Assembly: GCA_963807625.1 (NCBI GenBank)
Contig: CAWECN010000020.1
Span: 118,270 to 182,269, forward strand
From: an uncultured Gammaproteobacteria bacterium
GTDB taxonomy: Bacteria > Pseudomonadota > Gammaproteobacteria > SZUA-229
Direction: 5' to 3'
Length of the DNA stretch: 64,000 nt
Part shown: positions 19,728 to 29,550 of the stretch, in pieces
How the letters are laid out: each line of letters opens with the position of its first letter
Position numbering within the stretch: position 1 is the first letter of the stretch
The notes under the pieces: generated by a model
The model's input: the letters and a program-made list of their open reading frames with translations, nothing else
Database searches by the model: none
What the model was told of the DNA's origin: nothing
Program-made: the position numbers and the translations under genes

Positions 19728-21422
19728 CTACACCAAAATCATTTCGTTCAAACCGGCACCGGCCGGAATCATCGGATAAACGTTCTCTTCTTTATCAGTG
19801 ATGAAATCAAGAAATACCAGGCGGTCTTTTTGCTTGAATGCTTCATCCAGTGCGGGACGAACATCTGCCGGTTTCTCGACCTTGATTCCTATGTGACCAT
19901 ATGCTTCTGCGATTGCAACAAAATCTGGTAGCGAATCAAAATATGACATGGCGTAGCGCTTCTCATAGAAGAACTCCTGCCACTGCCTAACCATTCCCAT
20001 GTAGCCATTGTTCAGGTTGATGATCTTTACCGGTAATGAATACTGAAGACAGGTTGATAATTCCTGGATACACATCTGAATACTGGATTCACCGGTGATG
20101 CAGGCAACCACCTCACCCGGATGTGCCAGTTGCACCCCCATCGCCGCAGGCAAGCCGAAACCCATGGTGCCGAGACCGCCGGAATTGATCCATTGTCTTG
20201 GCCTGTCAAAACCATAGTACTGTGCCGCAAACATCTGGTGCTGCCCCACATCTGAAGTAATAAATGCTTCACCGTTGGTCGCGTTATAGAGTTCCTCAAC
20301 AACAAATTGCGGCTTTATGATGTCACTGTCGCGATCATATTTAAGGCAGTCTTGCGAACGCCATTCGTTTATCTGCACCCACCATTTTTCGATCGCACCT
20401 TTATTTGTCAACTCGGCGGATGCTGCCAGCTCCCTGTTGAGTGAATCAAGGATAGGGACAACTTCACCAACTATCGGTATATCAACTTTTACGTTCTTTG
20501 AAATTGAGGCCGGATCAACGTCGATATGTATGATTTTTGCATCCGGGCAGAATTTTTCCAGGTTACCTGTCACACGGTCATCAAAACGCGCACCGATTGC
20601 GATCAGGACATCACAGTGATGCATGCCCATATTGGCTTCATAAGTACCATGCATACCTAACATGCCGAGCGACAGCGGGTCACTGGCGGGAAATGCGCCC
20701 AACCCCATCAGGGTCTGTGTGATCGGGTAGCCAAGTGACCGGGTAAAAGTACGTAACTGCTCAGAACCGTTACCCAGGATCACACCACCACCGGTATAGA
20801 TCATGGGGCGTTCTGCAGATTTGATCATTTCTACGGCACGCTTTATCTGTCCGTTATGACCTTTCACAGTAGGATTATAAGAACGCATCTCAATTTCAGA
20901 AGGATATTCAAAGGCCACTTTTTCAGCCGTTATATCTTTCGGAATATCGATAACAACAGGACCAGGTCGGCCAGTGGTTGCGACATAAAAAGCTTTTTTA
21001 AATGTATCTGCGATATCATTTACATCATTAATCAGGAAATTATGTTTGACGATCGGACGCGTGATGCCGACAGAATCGACTTCCTGAAAAGCATCGTTAC
21101 CAATCAGATGCTTAGGCACCTGACCAGTGATAACGATCATTGGAATAGAGTCCATAAAAGCAGTCGCAATACCGGTAACGGCATTTGTCGCACCCGGACC
21201 AGAAGTCACTAGTACCACACCAGGTTTACCGGTTGATCTTGCATAACCATCAGCAGCATGCGTCGCACCCTGCTCATGGCGAACCAGTATATGCTGCACA
21301 TCATCCTGATTATAAAAAGCATCATATATATGTAGCACGGCACCACCAGGGTAGCCAAATACGTAGTCAACACCCTCAGCTTTCAGGCATTCGATAATAA
21401 TTTCTGCGCCGGTCAATTCCAC
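19728..21422 (-). CDS. ilvI: acetolactate synthase large subunit (TPP enzyme)
   Basis: 564-aa thiamine-pyrophosphate enzyme with the GDG...N TPP-binding region. Immediately upstream of ilvH. Confidence 0.95.
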   Translation of the reverse strand: MELTGAEIIIECLKAEGVDYVFGYPGGAVLHIYDAFYNQDDVQHILVRHEQGATHAADGYARSTGKPGVVLVTSGPGATNAVTGIATAFMDSIPMIVITGQVPKHLIGNDAFQEVDSVGITRPIVKHNFLINDVNDIADTFKKAFYVATTGRPGPVVIDIPKDITAEKVAFEYPSEIEMRSYNPTVKGHNGQIKRAVEMIKSAERPMIYTGGGVILGNGSEQLRTFTRSLGYPITQTLMGLGAFPASDPLSLGMLGMHGTYEANMGMHHCDVLIAIGARFDDRVTGNLEKFCPDAKIIHIDVDPASISKNVKVDIPIVGEVVPILDSLNRELAASAELTNKGAIEKWWVQINEWRSQDCLKYDRDSDIIKPQFVVEELYNATNGEAFITSDVGQHQMFAAQYYGFDRPRQWINSGGLGTMGFGLPAAMGVQLAHPGEVVACITGESSIQMCIQELSTCLQYSLPVKIINLNNGYMGMVRQWQEFFYEKRYAMSYFDSLPDFVAIAEAYGHIGIKVEKPADVRPALDEAFKQKDRLVFLDFITDKEENVYPMIPAGAGLNEMILV

Positions 21423-21546
21423 TGTACTATCTATCTCGCTGTATTTAATTAGTTATATATTTAAAAAAGCCATATAAATCATCAACTTTTAACAAGCCGA
21501 CACAACTCTGCCCGAATGGCGGAACCGTGCATTCTAAACGCTTATC

Positions 21547-21560
21547 CGTGAAATTTCACG
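21547..21560. promoter_or_regulatory. perfect 14-bp palindrome CGTGAAATTTCACG in the ilvI upstream region (candidate operator)
   Basis: Perfect dyad symmetry about 125 bp upstream of the ilvI start codon, in an AT-rich promoter region. Confidence 0.3.
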
Positions 21561-21640
21561 TACAATTTATGGATATTCTGCGCAAATAGCCACAATCGAT
21601 GATTTAGACTCAATTTACATATATTCAGGCCAAAAAAAAA

Positions 21641-21665
21641 CCCCGGAAGTCCCGGGGCTTTTTCG
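21641..21665. terminator. bidirectional rho-independent terminator
   Basis: AAAAAAAAA-CCCCGG-AAGTC-CCGGGG-CTTTTT. Lies downstream of the minus-strand gene ending at 21686 and upstream of the ilv promoter. Confidence 0.7.
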
Positions 21666-21685
21666 AAGAAATTTAAAGTGAAGAT

Positions 21686-22615
21686 TTAGAAGTCTTCTTC
21701 TATTGTACCACCAGCTGTTTGTGTCAATGATTCTTTGATTGCATCAGGTGACGGCATGATATTCATAAAGCTGTTAGAGCCCATCATACTTAAGTCAGGG
21801 AAGTTAATAGCGATACGGAATCGAGCATGCAATGCTTCAGCGGTATCGCCTGTTACCAGGATATCGTATGGCAGATGTGCGGTTGAACGTATATCTTTGA
21901 AATCGATCTCAGACATGATGAAAGTATCATCCATGTATTTATTACCCGTTGATTCAGATGACAGAGCGACCCCGAAAAGTGTCTGTTTCTTACCTGGTAT
22001 ATCGATGCGATAAACTTTAGTAGCACCACCCGCGTTTGCCGCCAGGCCTTTTTCCACAGCAGCCACTGCTTCCTCATAACTTCCATATGAAGCAAGATCG
22101 TATGGCTCATCAAAATATTCCATACCAAATGTATAGTGGTAACCTGCAATATCTTCTGCAGACAGACCTTCTGCCGGACCATATTCCTGCATCGAACCTA
22201 AAGCAGTCTTTAATGAGTTAGCGACTGAAGAGAGATCACCTTTAACGTGATAAGCCGCAGCCATGTATACCGGGTTGGTGTAAGTGATCTGAAGCTGGTC
22301 ACCAACTTTTGTAATCGCGACTCGTTGACCTGCAGCGTAACCACCACGCTCATGAGAACCCGCTGCTTTTTTCAGGGTACCATTAGTAACAACAATAATG
22401 TGGGCACTTTCATAGGGTGAGTATTCACCAACCACTTCAAAACCATTATCAGTCAAAGATTTTTTAACATCAGCCACTTTATCAGCAACAGCACCAGTGC
22501 CTGTCGAACCTAAAATAAAAGGCTTCATCTCGCTAGCAGCATTTGCCACCATCGACGCCATACTCAGTACAGCTGCTGCTGCAATCGACAGCATTTTCGT
22601 ATTTACTTTAATCAT
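21686..22615 (-). CDS. hypothetical secreted protein
   Basis: 309 aa with a clear Sec signal peptide (AAAAVLSMASMVANA). Two-domain appearance; no family recognised. Confidence 0.5.
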   Translation of the reverse strand: MIKVNTKMLSIAAAAVLSMASMVANAASEMKPFILGSTGTGAVADKVADVKKSLTDNGFEVVGEYSPYESAHIIVVTNGTLKKAAGSHERGGYAAGQRVAITKVGDQLQITYTNPVYMAAAYHVKGDLSSVANSLKTALGSMQEYGPAEGLSAEDIAGYHYTFGMEYFDEPYDLASYGSYEEAVAAVEKGLAANAGGATKVYRIDIPGKKQTLFGVALSSESTGNKYMDDTFIMSEIDFKDIRSTAHLPYDILVTGDTAEALHARFRIAINFPDLSMMGSNSFMNIMPSPDAIKESLTQTAGGTIEEDF

Positions 22616-22907
22616 GCTTTATCACTCCAAAATTTTCCAAAAATTATATTTATTAGTCTCACGCATCCCCCAATCGATTGATTCAAAAGTAGAATTAATC
22701 TATCCATTTGCGAGGTACAAGGCCCGACAATGTAAATAAAAGCAGCAGGTTATGCAAGCTTTTTCGACGATAAAATCAACATAATCAATACTTTATTATA
22801 TTCTTATTTAGATTGATTCAAGCTAGAGCTAGCCATATAAGAACCAATTCCAGCTATTTTTTAAGGATATTTGACACTAAGCACAAATAGCTGATTATTC
22901 ACTGACC

Positions 22908-22940
22908 AAAAAAAAGACCCCATCCAGGGGCCTTTTTTAT
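22908..22940. terminator. weak putative bidirectional terminator downstream of the FadL-like gene
   Basis: A-run, CCCC-ATCCA-GGGG, T-run. Only a 4-bp GC stem. Confidence 0.35.
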
Positions 22941-22959
22941 CATGCTAGTAAATCATGCC

Positions 22960-24363
22960 TTAGAATTTCCAAGCCCATCCTGCTTGTATATCAATCTGAG
23001 ACATTTCAATTTTAATTGTTTGGCCTGGGTCAAATGCATTTGGACCCTCAACAGAATTATTCACAGCATAACCTGCTGCAAAGTTGAATTCCTGATTGGT
23101 GCCAACTTCTTTAGTCAATCCAAAAGTCACGTGATCCTGAATAACAGCAGGTGCCAGTATATTGAATAAAACCTCTGAATCAGGAATCGGTTGATCAGAA
23201 TGGCTATAACCAACACGCCATGACATATTGGCCGCATCCCACTGATAGCCTAATTTTATTATTCCAATATCTTCCCATCCAAAACCAGCGCCGTCAGCAC
23301 CACCTAAACAGCCAGCGCCAGAGGCAGGTGAGGTGGTTGGGTTACAATTCATGATATTCGAAAAAGGGTTTGATACTGCAGCAACGTCTGAATACATAAT
23401 GCGCTGATAGTCAGCAACGATAACGCCTGCATTACCAATTTTATAGGAAACACCTAATGTATAAGTAGAAGGTATGTCAAAATCACCGCCTTCTGCAAAC
23501 AAGCCCTTGTACTCATCGAATTCACTCATGCTGATTTTTGACTGATAACTAACACCAACCCGTAATCCGTCTGCCACCTCGCCCTGATAACCAAATTTCA
23601 GGCCAGCACCATATGAGTACGAATTAGTATTACCAGAAATATTTGACGGATCCGAAGAGAAGCCTCCGAAAAACTCAAGACCTTTTGCTCTGAACCGCTG
23701 CCCAGCAACTATCACACTACCGCCTACTGAATGTTTAGGATTAAGTTTTTTCGCAAAGCTAATGTTAAAAAACAACTGCTCTAGATTAATTCCGGCGGTA
23801 CCTGCTCCATAAGTTCCCGGTAACTGCGCAGCAGCTGTACCCGGAGGTGTTGTCCCAGTAGGATCCACAAGAGCTGCATCGACTGAAGCGAATCCACCCT
23901 CATATTCAGAATTCATACCACCATTACCATAGATAGAGATACCTACGGCACTATCACTAGTCAACATCTTGTTATAAGCAAAGTGTGGAATCAAAAAGAA
24001 ATCATTCTCACTTTCAATACTTTGACCACCATCACCAATACCAAAAGTAAACTGCCCTGTACCAGGATCTAAAAAGTTAGACGCAGGGCCTGTAGATGTG
24101 TACTTACGTGGTGAAGGACTAAATAACCATAAACCAATATCCATGCGGTCACCGACAAAGGCCATACCTGCCGGGTTAGTCGCTGAAGCCATCGCGTCCT
24201 GAGAGTAAGCTGTACCGGCACCAGCGAGACCTTTTTCTTTTGTGCTGTAACCGTGACCGAAATAACCGTTAGTCGCGTTAACGGCAGGCGATGCTAAGAT
24301 GCCTGAAACTGCAATTGCCAGTAGTGATTTATTCACAACTTTTATCATTATTACTACCTCCAA
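22960..24363 (-). CDS. FadL/OmpP1/TodX-family outer-membrane hydrophobic-compound transporter
   Basis: 467 aa with a signal peptide, an NPAG hatch motif near the N-terminus and a Gly/aromatic-rich beta-barrel. Terminal residue is F (..GWAWKF). Alternative start at MIKVVNK (24348). Confidence 0.75.
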   Translation of the reverse strand: MEVVIMIKVVNKSLLAIAVSGILASPAVNATNGYFGHGYSTKEKGLAGAGTAYSQDAMASATNPAGMAFVGDRMDIGLWLFSPSPRKYTSTGPASNFLDPGTGQFTFGIGDGGQSIESENDFFLIPHFAYNKMLTSDSAVGISIYGNGGMNSEYEGGFASVDAALVDPTGTTPPGTAAAQLPGTYGAGTAGINLEQLFFNISFAKKLNPKHSVGGSVIVAGQRFRAKGLEFFGGFSSDPSNISGNTNSYSYGAGLKFGYQGEVADGLRVGVSYQSKISMSEFDEYKGLFAEGGDFDIPSTYTLGVSYKIGNAGVIVADYQRIMYSDVAAVSNPFSNIMNCNPTTSPASGAGCLGGADGAGFGWEDIGIIKLGYQWDAANMSWRVGYSHSDQPIPDSEVLFNILAPAVIQDHVTFGLTKEVGTNQEFNFAAGYAVNNSVEGPNAFDPGQTIKIEMSQIDIQAGWAWKF

Positions 24364-24791
24364 CGGTAGGTGTATATCGCCCTAAAAGGCTTTAATTATT
24401 ATAGGAGCAAGTATTTTATTCAGTTAGTTACATTAAATAGGGTAGAAAATATTCAATGTCAATGAGATGAAACATAACTGCTTAAATTTTTATTATCTAA
24501 TTTGCGTTGTTTTCTTTCAAAAAGCGGTGCCAAGTATATAAATAAAACACATGAAGTAAAAGGTTATTTTATGTGTATAACGAAAATAGATAATGAATAT
24601 GGCAACTTTTTGCAAATATCACCATCAAAAATTTTACTAGGGATACCCTTGCAGAGAAATACAACAGTTAGTTAGATTTGCCTGGTATTTAAATTTGCTA
24701 AACTACCTACATTAGTTACTAATTACGAAATCGCTTTTTTATACTCATCCAATATATCTGGAATTACCACACCTGTTAATACACAACCAAT

Positions 24792-26222
24792 ATGTTTAAC
24801 CGATTGAATAAAACGACATTTTCAATACGATCATGCTTTCGAGCAGCATTATCTATCGTAATGGCAATCTCGGTTATAACAGCGGCCCATGCTAACCTGC
24901 CAACCCTGGGTGACCCTACACTGGATAGCTTCAGTAGCCAGGAAGAACAACAGCTGGGCCTGGCTTTTTACCGCTCATTACGCGCCAATTTAACCTTCAT
25001 CGAAGACCTGCAGATAAATTATTACCTCACCAGTATCGGTAAACGGCTCGCATCTCATTCTGATGCAGCCGGTGATGAGTTCCATTTTTTCATCATCAAA
25101 GCACCTACCATCAACGCGTTTGCTGGTCCTGCTGCCTACATCGGCATCCATACGCAGTTGATACTGGAAGCGGAAAATGAGAGCCAGCTAGCCAGCGTAC
25201 TCGCCCATGAGATTGCCCACGTGTCTCAACGCCACCTTGCTCGAGCCTTCGATAACTCGGGGCAGTCGACAGCATTGACCATCGCCACACTGCTTGCCGC
25301 GATCCTGGTCGGCACACAGGATAGCCAGGCTGGTCAGGCCGTATTGATGTCAGGTATCGCCAGTAGCCAGCAGTCCTCTATCAATTTCACTCGTAGTAAT
25401 GAGTATGAAGCAGACCGTGTGGGTATAGGCATCCTGACGGATACAGGCATCAACCCCGAAGGCATGGTTGAATTTTTTGAGATTCTTCTCGATAAGAGCC
25501 CAGAAGGAGGGATTGAGTACCTGCGCACCCACCCATTGAGTAGTAATCGTGTTTCTGAGGCAAAAAACCGTGTAGAGAAAAAATCAGAAGACCTGCCGAA
25601 AGACAACCTGGACTTTCAATTTACCAAGGCAAGGCTAGTTGTACTACTGAGCCAGCAGCCAGAATATTATATTGATGACGAAGTCGTCGGTGACGGAATC
25701 ATCGGGCAATACCAGAAAGCTCTGGCAGCTATACGTATTCAGGAGCCCGATATCGCGATAAAGATTCTACAGAAGCTGTCAAAACAACATCAGCACCCCT
25801 GGATACCGCTGGCGCTAGCTGAAGCCTATACTGTGAAAAATGATGACAAAGCCGCGTTAAACATCCTGAACGAGCTGGCTAAACTCTATCCTGGGTATTT
25901 GCCGGTCACTATGGCACAGGTCAACTCTCTAAATAATAATGGCATGCCCGATAAAAGCATCGCGATACTAAAAAACCAGTTACAGATAAATGATTACGCC
26001 ATCATCCATGAAGCCTTAGCAAAGTCTTATTATGCTAACGGGCAGATAAGTGCTGCCCTGGAATCAACCGGTAACCAGTACGCACGACAAGGTTATATAG
26101 AACTCGCGATACAGCAGTATGATAATGCACTCAATCAGGCGAATATCAGCCCATCGACCAGGCAGAGACTGGAAGCTGCCAAAGATGAGCTAAAAAAAAT
26201 AATAAAAAAATATAAAGACTAG
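24792..26222 (+). CDS. bepA: M48-family periplasmic metalloprotease with TPR domain (BepA/YfgC-like)
   Basis: 476 aa with a signal peptide, an HEIAHVSQRH (HExxH) motif and C-terminal TPR-like repeats. Confidence 0.85.
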   Translation: MFNRLNKTTFSIRSCFRAALSIVMAISVITAAHANLPTLGDPTLDSFSSQEEQQLGLAFYRSLRANLTFIEDLQINYYLTSIGKRLASHSDAAGDEFHFFIIKAPTINAFAGPAAYIGIHTQLILEAENESQLASVLAHEIAHVSQRHLARAFDNSGQSTALTIATLLAAILVGTQDSQAGQAVLMSGIASSQQSSINFTRSNEYEADRVGIGILTDTGINPEGMVEFFEILLDKSPEGGIEYLRTHPLSSNRVSEAKNRVEKKSEDLPKDNLDFQFTKARLVVLLSQQPEYYIDDEVVGDGIIGQYQKALAAIRIQEPDIAIKILQKLSKQHQHPWIPLALAEAYTVKNDDKAALNILNELAKLYPGYLPVTMAQVNSLNNNGMPDKSIAILKNQLQINDYAIIHEALAKSYYANGQISAALESTGNQYARQGYIELAIQQYDNALNQANISPSTRQRLEAAKDELKKIIKKYKD

Positions 26223-26337
26223 TTTTTTGAGCGGATTTTACGGAAAAAGCAACTGACATTCTGACGTATACAAGCTACTGTTTTTTTTCAACAAACCCCT
26301 TGCCTTATCTCTTTTTGGGAGTATGCTATATACCCCT

Positions 26338-26418
26338 ATTCATTTATGAATATATTCCTGCAATCACTAAAGTTATTACGTAGCCGAGCCTGCAAAAACT
26401 ATAAAATTTTATGAATAA
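26338..26418. promoter_or_regulatory. sox promoter region containing the ATTCATTTATGAAT palindrome and a second TTTATGAATA copy
   Basis: Perfect palindrome at 26338-26351. The TTTATGAATA motif recurs at 26409-26418, about 60-140 bp upstream of soxX. Confidence 0.35.
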
Positions 26419-26476
26419 TTTTGCTATTACGGCGTCTAGTAACTATTAAATACACATTAAATAGGAGGAAACAAGA

Positions 26477-26848
26477 ATGCGGCTAACCGCACATATACTA
26501 ACCACTACAGCGTCTATCGCTACACTAGTTGGCTGCCTTGGATTAGCACCTAGCATCGCTAATGCTGACGAAGCAGCTAATCTTGCCAAAGGCAAGGAAT
26601 TAGCGTTCGACAGAAAAAAGGGCAATTGTCTGGCTTGTCACCAAATCGAAGGTGGCACATTAGCGGGCAATATTGGTCCACCACTAATCGCGATGAAAGC
26701 TCGTTTCCCTGATTACGATAAACTTCGTGCTCAGATATACGATGCAACCGAAAACAACCCGAATACCATAATGATTCCGTTTGGCCCTCACGCAGTGATG
26801 TCCGACAGCGAGATCGACCTGGTAACTAAATTTATTTACACATTATAA
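26477..26848 (+). CDS. soxX: SoxX, monoheme cytochrome c subunit of SoxAX
   Basis: 123 aa with a signal peptide and a single CLACH heme-binding motif. First gene of the soxXYZA cluster. Confidence 0.85.
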   Translation: MRLTAHILTTTASIATLVGCLGLAPSIANADEAANLAKGKELAFDRKKGNCLACHQIEGGTLAGNIGPPLIAMKARFPDYDKLRAQIYDATENNPNTIMIPFGPHAVMSDSEIDLVTKFIYTL

Positions 26849-26868
26849 AAGTCAGAAGGTAAGACTAG

Positions 26869-27339
26869 ATGAATCATAAACGAAGAGTATTACTCAAGGG
26901 CACTTTTGCCGCAGGCGCTACAGGTATTGCTATTAGTGCTGGCCTATTAACGCCAAAAGCAGTTTTAGCTGCATGGCCGAAAGCTGCGTTCGAAGCTAAA
27001 GACAGCAAAGCTGCTCTTGAAGCGTCACTGGGCAGTTCAAGTACAACAGAAAGTGGTGATATCAAGCTAAAAGCACCAGATATCGCTGAAAACGGAGCTG
27101 TTGTTCCAATTACTATCACCAGCGAAATTGCAAATACTGAAGCAATCAGCGTTATTGTTGCTGAAAATGGTACGCCTTTAGCCGCTACATTTAACCTTGG
27201 TGCAACCACAAGTGGTTTTGTTTCTACCCGTATCAAAATGGGTAAAACATCCGATGTTACCGCTGTTGTCAAAGCCGGTGGTAAATTGTATAGCACTTCC
27301 AAAAACGTCAAAGTCACCATCGGTGGTTGCGGCGGTTAA
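26869..27339 (+). CDS. soxY: SoxY, sulfur carrier protein
   Basis: 156 aa with a Tat signal (KRRVLLKGTFAAGATG) and the C-terminal GGCGG motif that carries the substrate-binding cysteine. Confidence 0.9.
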   Translation: MNHKRRVLLKGTFAAGATGIAISAGLLTPKAVLAAWPKAAFEAKDSKAALEASLGSSSTTESGDIKLKAPDIAENGAVVPITITSEIANTEAISVIVAENGTPLAATFNLGATTSGFVSTRIKMGKTSDVTAVVKAGGKLYSTSKNVKVTIGGCGG

Positions 27340-27364
27340 GCATAATTTAAGAGGTTAAAAAAAG

Positions 27365-27682
27365 ATGGCTAAATCATCAATAAAAGTACGCGCTAAGGTA
27401 AAAAAAGGCGAAGCAAAAGTAAAATGCTTAATCAGCCACCCAATGGAAACGGGCCTTCGCAAAGATAAAAAAACTGGTAAGTTCATTCCTGCTCATTTCA
27501 TTCAGGAAGTCGTTTGTGAACACGGCGGCAAAACTGTAATGAACGCTCAATGGGGCGGCACTATCTCCAAGAACCCCTTCCTGTCTTTCGCATTCTCTGA
27601 CGCAAAAGCGGGAGATATGGTCAAGGTAAGCTGGGTAGATAATACTGGCAAGAGTGACTCAACCGAAGCCAAGATGAAATAA
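27365..27682 (+). CDS. soxZ: SoxZ
   Basis: 105 aa, the usual SoxZ size, directly downstream of soxY. Confidence 0.85.
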   Translation: MAKSSIKVRAKVKKGEAKVKCLISHPMETGLRKDKKTGKFIPAHFIQEVVCEHGGKTVMNAQWGGTISKNPFLSFAFSDAKAGDMVKVSWVDNTGKSDSTEAKMK

Positions 27683-27732
27683 TCGAGATATTTTCTCATT
27701 ACTGATTCTGGTATAACAATAAAAGGTGAACC

Positions 27733-28566
27733 ATGAAAAAAATTGCTACTGCATTATCTGTCATGCTGATTGCTGCAACACCGTTTGCAGCACAGGCTAC
27801 GCCGGATGATGACCTAAAAGCATTCCGCTCGTACTTCACGAAGAAATTTCCTGATGTACAGATGAATGACTTTGTTAATGGCGTCTACTCGATAGATGCT
27901 GCTTCACGTGAACAATGGGAAGCATTTGAAGAATTTCCTTCATATGAGATTTCTATTGATAACGGCGAAGAGAAGTTCAACAAAAAATTTGCTAACGGTA
28001 AGGGCTATGCAGACTGCTTCCCTAACTACAAAAAAGGTATAAAACAAAACTATCCTTACTTTGACACCGATAGCGGTAAAGTTGTAACAATGGAAGGCGC
28101 GATCAACAAGTGTCGTACAGATAACGGTGAAAAAGCGCTGAAATGGAAGAAAGGCGCGATCACTGAAATCGGTGCATACCTGGCATCACTGTCTCGCGGT
28201 CAAACGATCAACGTAAAAGTACCTAACGATGCAAAAGCCATGGCTGCTTACAATCGTGGTAAGAAACACTTTTACGCGAAACGTGGCCAGTTAAATATGT
28301 CCTGTGCTGATTGCCATTACTACTATTCTGGCAGCAAGATCCGTGCTGACATCCTGAGCCCTGCTTTAGGTCACCCATCAGGCTTCCCTGTTTATCGTAA
28401 TAAATGGGCAGGCATGGGTACATTACATCGTCGTTATGGCGGTTGTAACAAGCAGGTACGTGCAAAACCATTTAAAGCTCAGAGCGATGAATACAAAGCT
28501 CTTGAGTACTTCCACACCTACATGAGTAACGGTCTGGAAGTGAATGGCCCTAGCCAGAGAAAATAG
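27733..28566 (+). CDS. soxA: SoxA, cytochrome c subunit of SoxAX (monoheme type)
   Basis: 277 aa with a signal peptide, one CADCH heme motif and a conserved distal Cys (GGCNKQ) that provides the cysteine heme ligand. Confidence 0.85.
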   Translation: MKKIATALSVMLIAATPFAAQATPDDDLKAFRSYFTKKFPDVQMNDFVNGVYSIDAASREQWEAFEEFPSYEISIDNGEEKFNKKFANGKGYADCFPNYKKGIKQNYPYFDTDSGKVVTMEGAINKCRTDNGEKALKWKKGAITEIGAYLASLSRGQTINVKVPNDAKAMAAYNRGKKHFYAKRGQLNMSCADCHYYYSGSKIRADILSPALGHPSGFPVYRNKWAGMGTLHRRYGGCNKQVRAKPFKAQSDEYKALEYFHTYMSNGLEVNGPSQRK

Positions 28567-28597
28567 ACCCCAGGTCTAATTCTTTAGCAACAAAAAA

Positions 28598-28627
28598 GCC
28601 CCGAACAATGTTCGGGGCTTTTTTTTG
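28598..28627 (+). terminator. rho-independent terminator of the sox operon
   Basis: GCCCCGAAC-AAT-GTTCGGGGC followed by TTTTTTTTT. Confidence 0.85.
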
Positions 28628-28664
28628 CTGTTTATAATTTCTGCCAATAAAACAGCGATTTATA

Positions 28665-28740
28665 TGGTGGGCCGTGAGCGACTTGAACGCTCGACCATCG
28701 GATTAAAAGTCCGGTGCTCTACCAACTGAGCTAACGGCCC
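28665..28740 (-). tRNA. tRNA-Lys (anticodon UUU)
   Basis: The reverse complement reads GGGCCGTTAGCTCAGTTGGTAGAGCACCGGACTTTTAATCCGATGGTCGAGCGTTCAAGTCGCTCACGGCCCACCA. It folds as a cloverleaf with a 7-bp acceptor stem, a CTTTTAA anticodon loop and an encoded CCA. Very close to E. coli tRNA-Lys. Confidence 0.9.
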
Positions 28741-28843
28741 AAATTCTTTACCGCGTATTAAATCGCAAAATTCAATTTAATACGAAGGCGCGAATAATAC
28801 ATGGAGTTGAACTGAAAAACAATATTATCCGACAAGAAAGCAG

Positions 28844-29533
28844 TTAAAAATAACGGGTCGGATCAGAAATACCTACTTCTTCAAACCCCTTCTGCCGTAA
28901 CTGGCAGGAATCACATTTCCCACAGGCCTCACCCTGTGCATTTGCCTGGTAACAGGATACCGTTAATGCGTAATCCACGCCCAGTTGATTACCTATTCGG
29001 ATGATCTCCGCTTTACTTTTATCGATTAATGGCGTATGTATTGTCAACCGATGCCCCTCGACCCCGGCTTTAGTCGCCAGGTTGGCCATGTTTTCGTATG
29101 CACGTATGAATTCTGGACGGCAATCCGGGTAGCCTGAGTAGTCGACCGCATTAACACCGATAAATATATCCTGTGACGACATGACTTCCGCGACTGCCAA
29201 TGCATGCGACAGAAACAGTGTGTTTCTCGCCGGCACGTAAGTAACCGGTATTTCCTGTGTCGGAGTCCCCGGTACCGGCTCTGGAACAGCAATTGACTCA
29301 TCAGTTAAGGCAGAACCGGCCATCACGCCTGCATCGATATGGATAACCTGGTGGCTTGCTGAATAGCTCTCAGATAACTGTTTTGCTGCATTGAGCTCTG
29401 ACAGACTGCGCTGCGCATAGTCAAAACTTAGCGTGTGGCAGTCAAACTCCTGGCTGGCGATGGCCAGCACGGTCGCTGAATCAAGCCCGCCGGATAGCAG
29501 CACGATGGCTCTAGGCCTGTTGTCACTGCTCAT
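28844..29533 (-). CDS. queC: 7-cyano-7-deazaguanine synthase
   Basis: 229 aa with PP-loop SGGLDS and a C-terminal Cys cluster (CGKCDSC). Confidence 0.95.
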   Translation of the reverse strand: MSSDNRPRAIVLLSGGLDSATVLAIASQEFDCHTLSFDYAQRSLSELNAAKQLSESYSASHQVIHIDAGVMAGSALTDESIAVPEPVPGTPTQEIPVTYVPARNTLFLSHALAVAEVMSSQDIFIGVNAVDYSGYPDCRPEFIRAYENMANLATKAGVEGHRLTIHTPLIDKSKAEIIRIGNQLGVDYALTVSCYQANAQGEACGKCDSCQLRQKGFEEVGISDPTRYF

Positions 29534-29550
29534 GAGAAACCTCGCAACAT

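Noticed and set aside
26874-27320. 148-aa minus-strand ORF
   Set aside because: Antisense to soxY, which has a Tat signal and the GGCGG motif.
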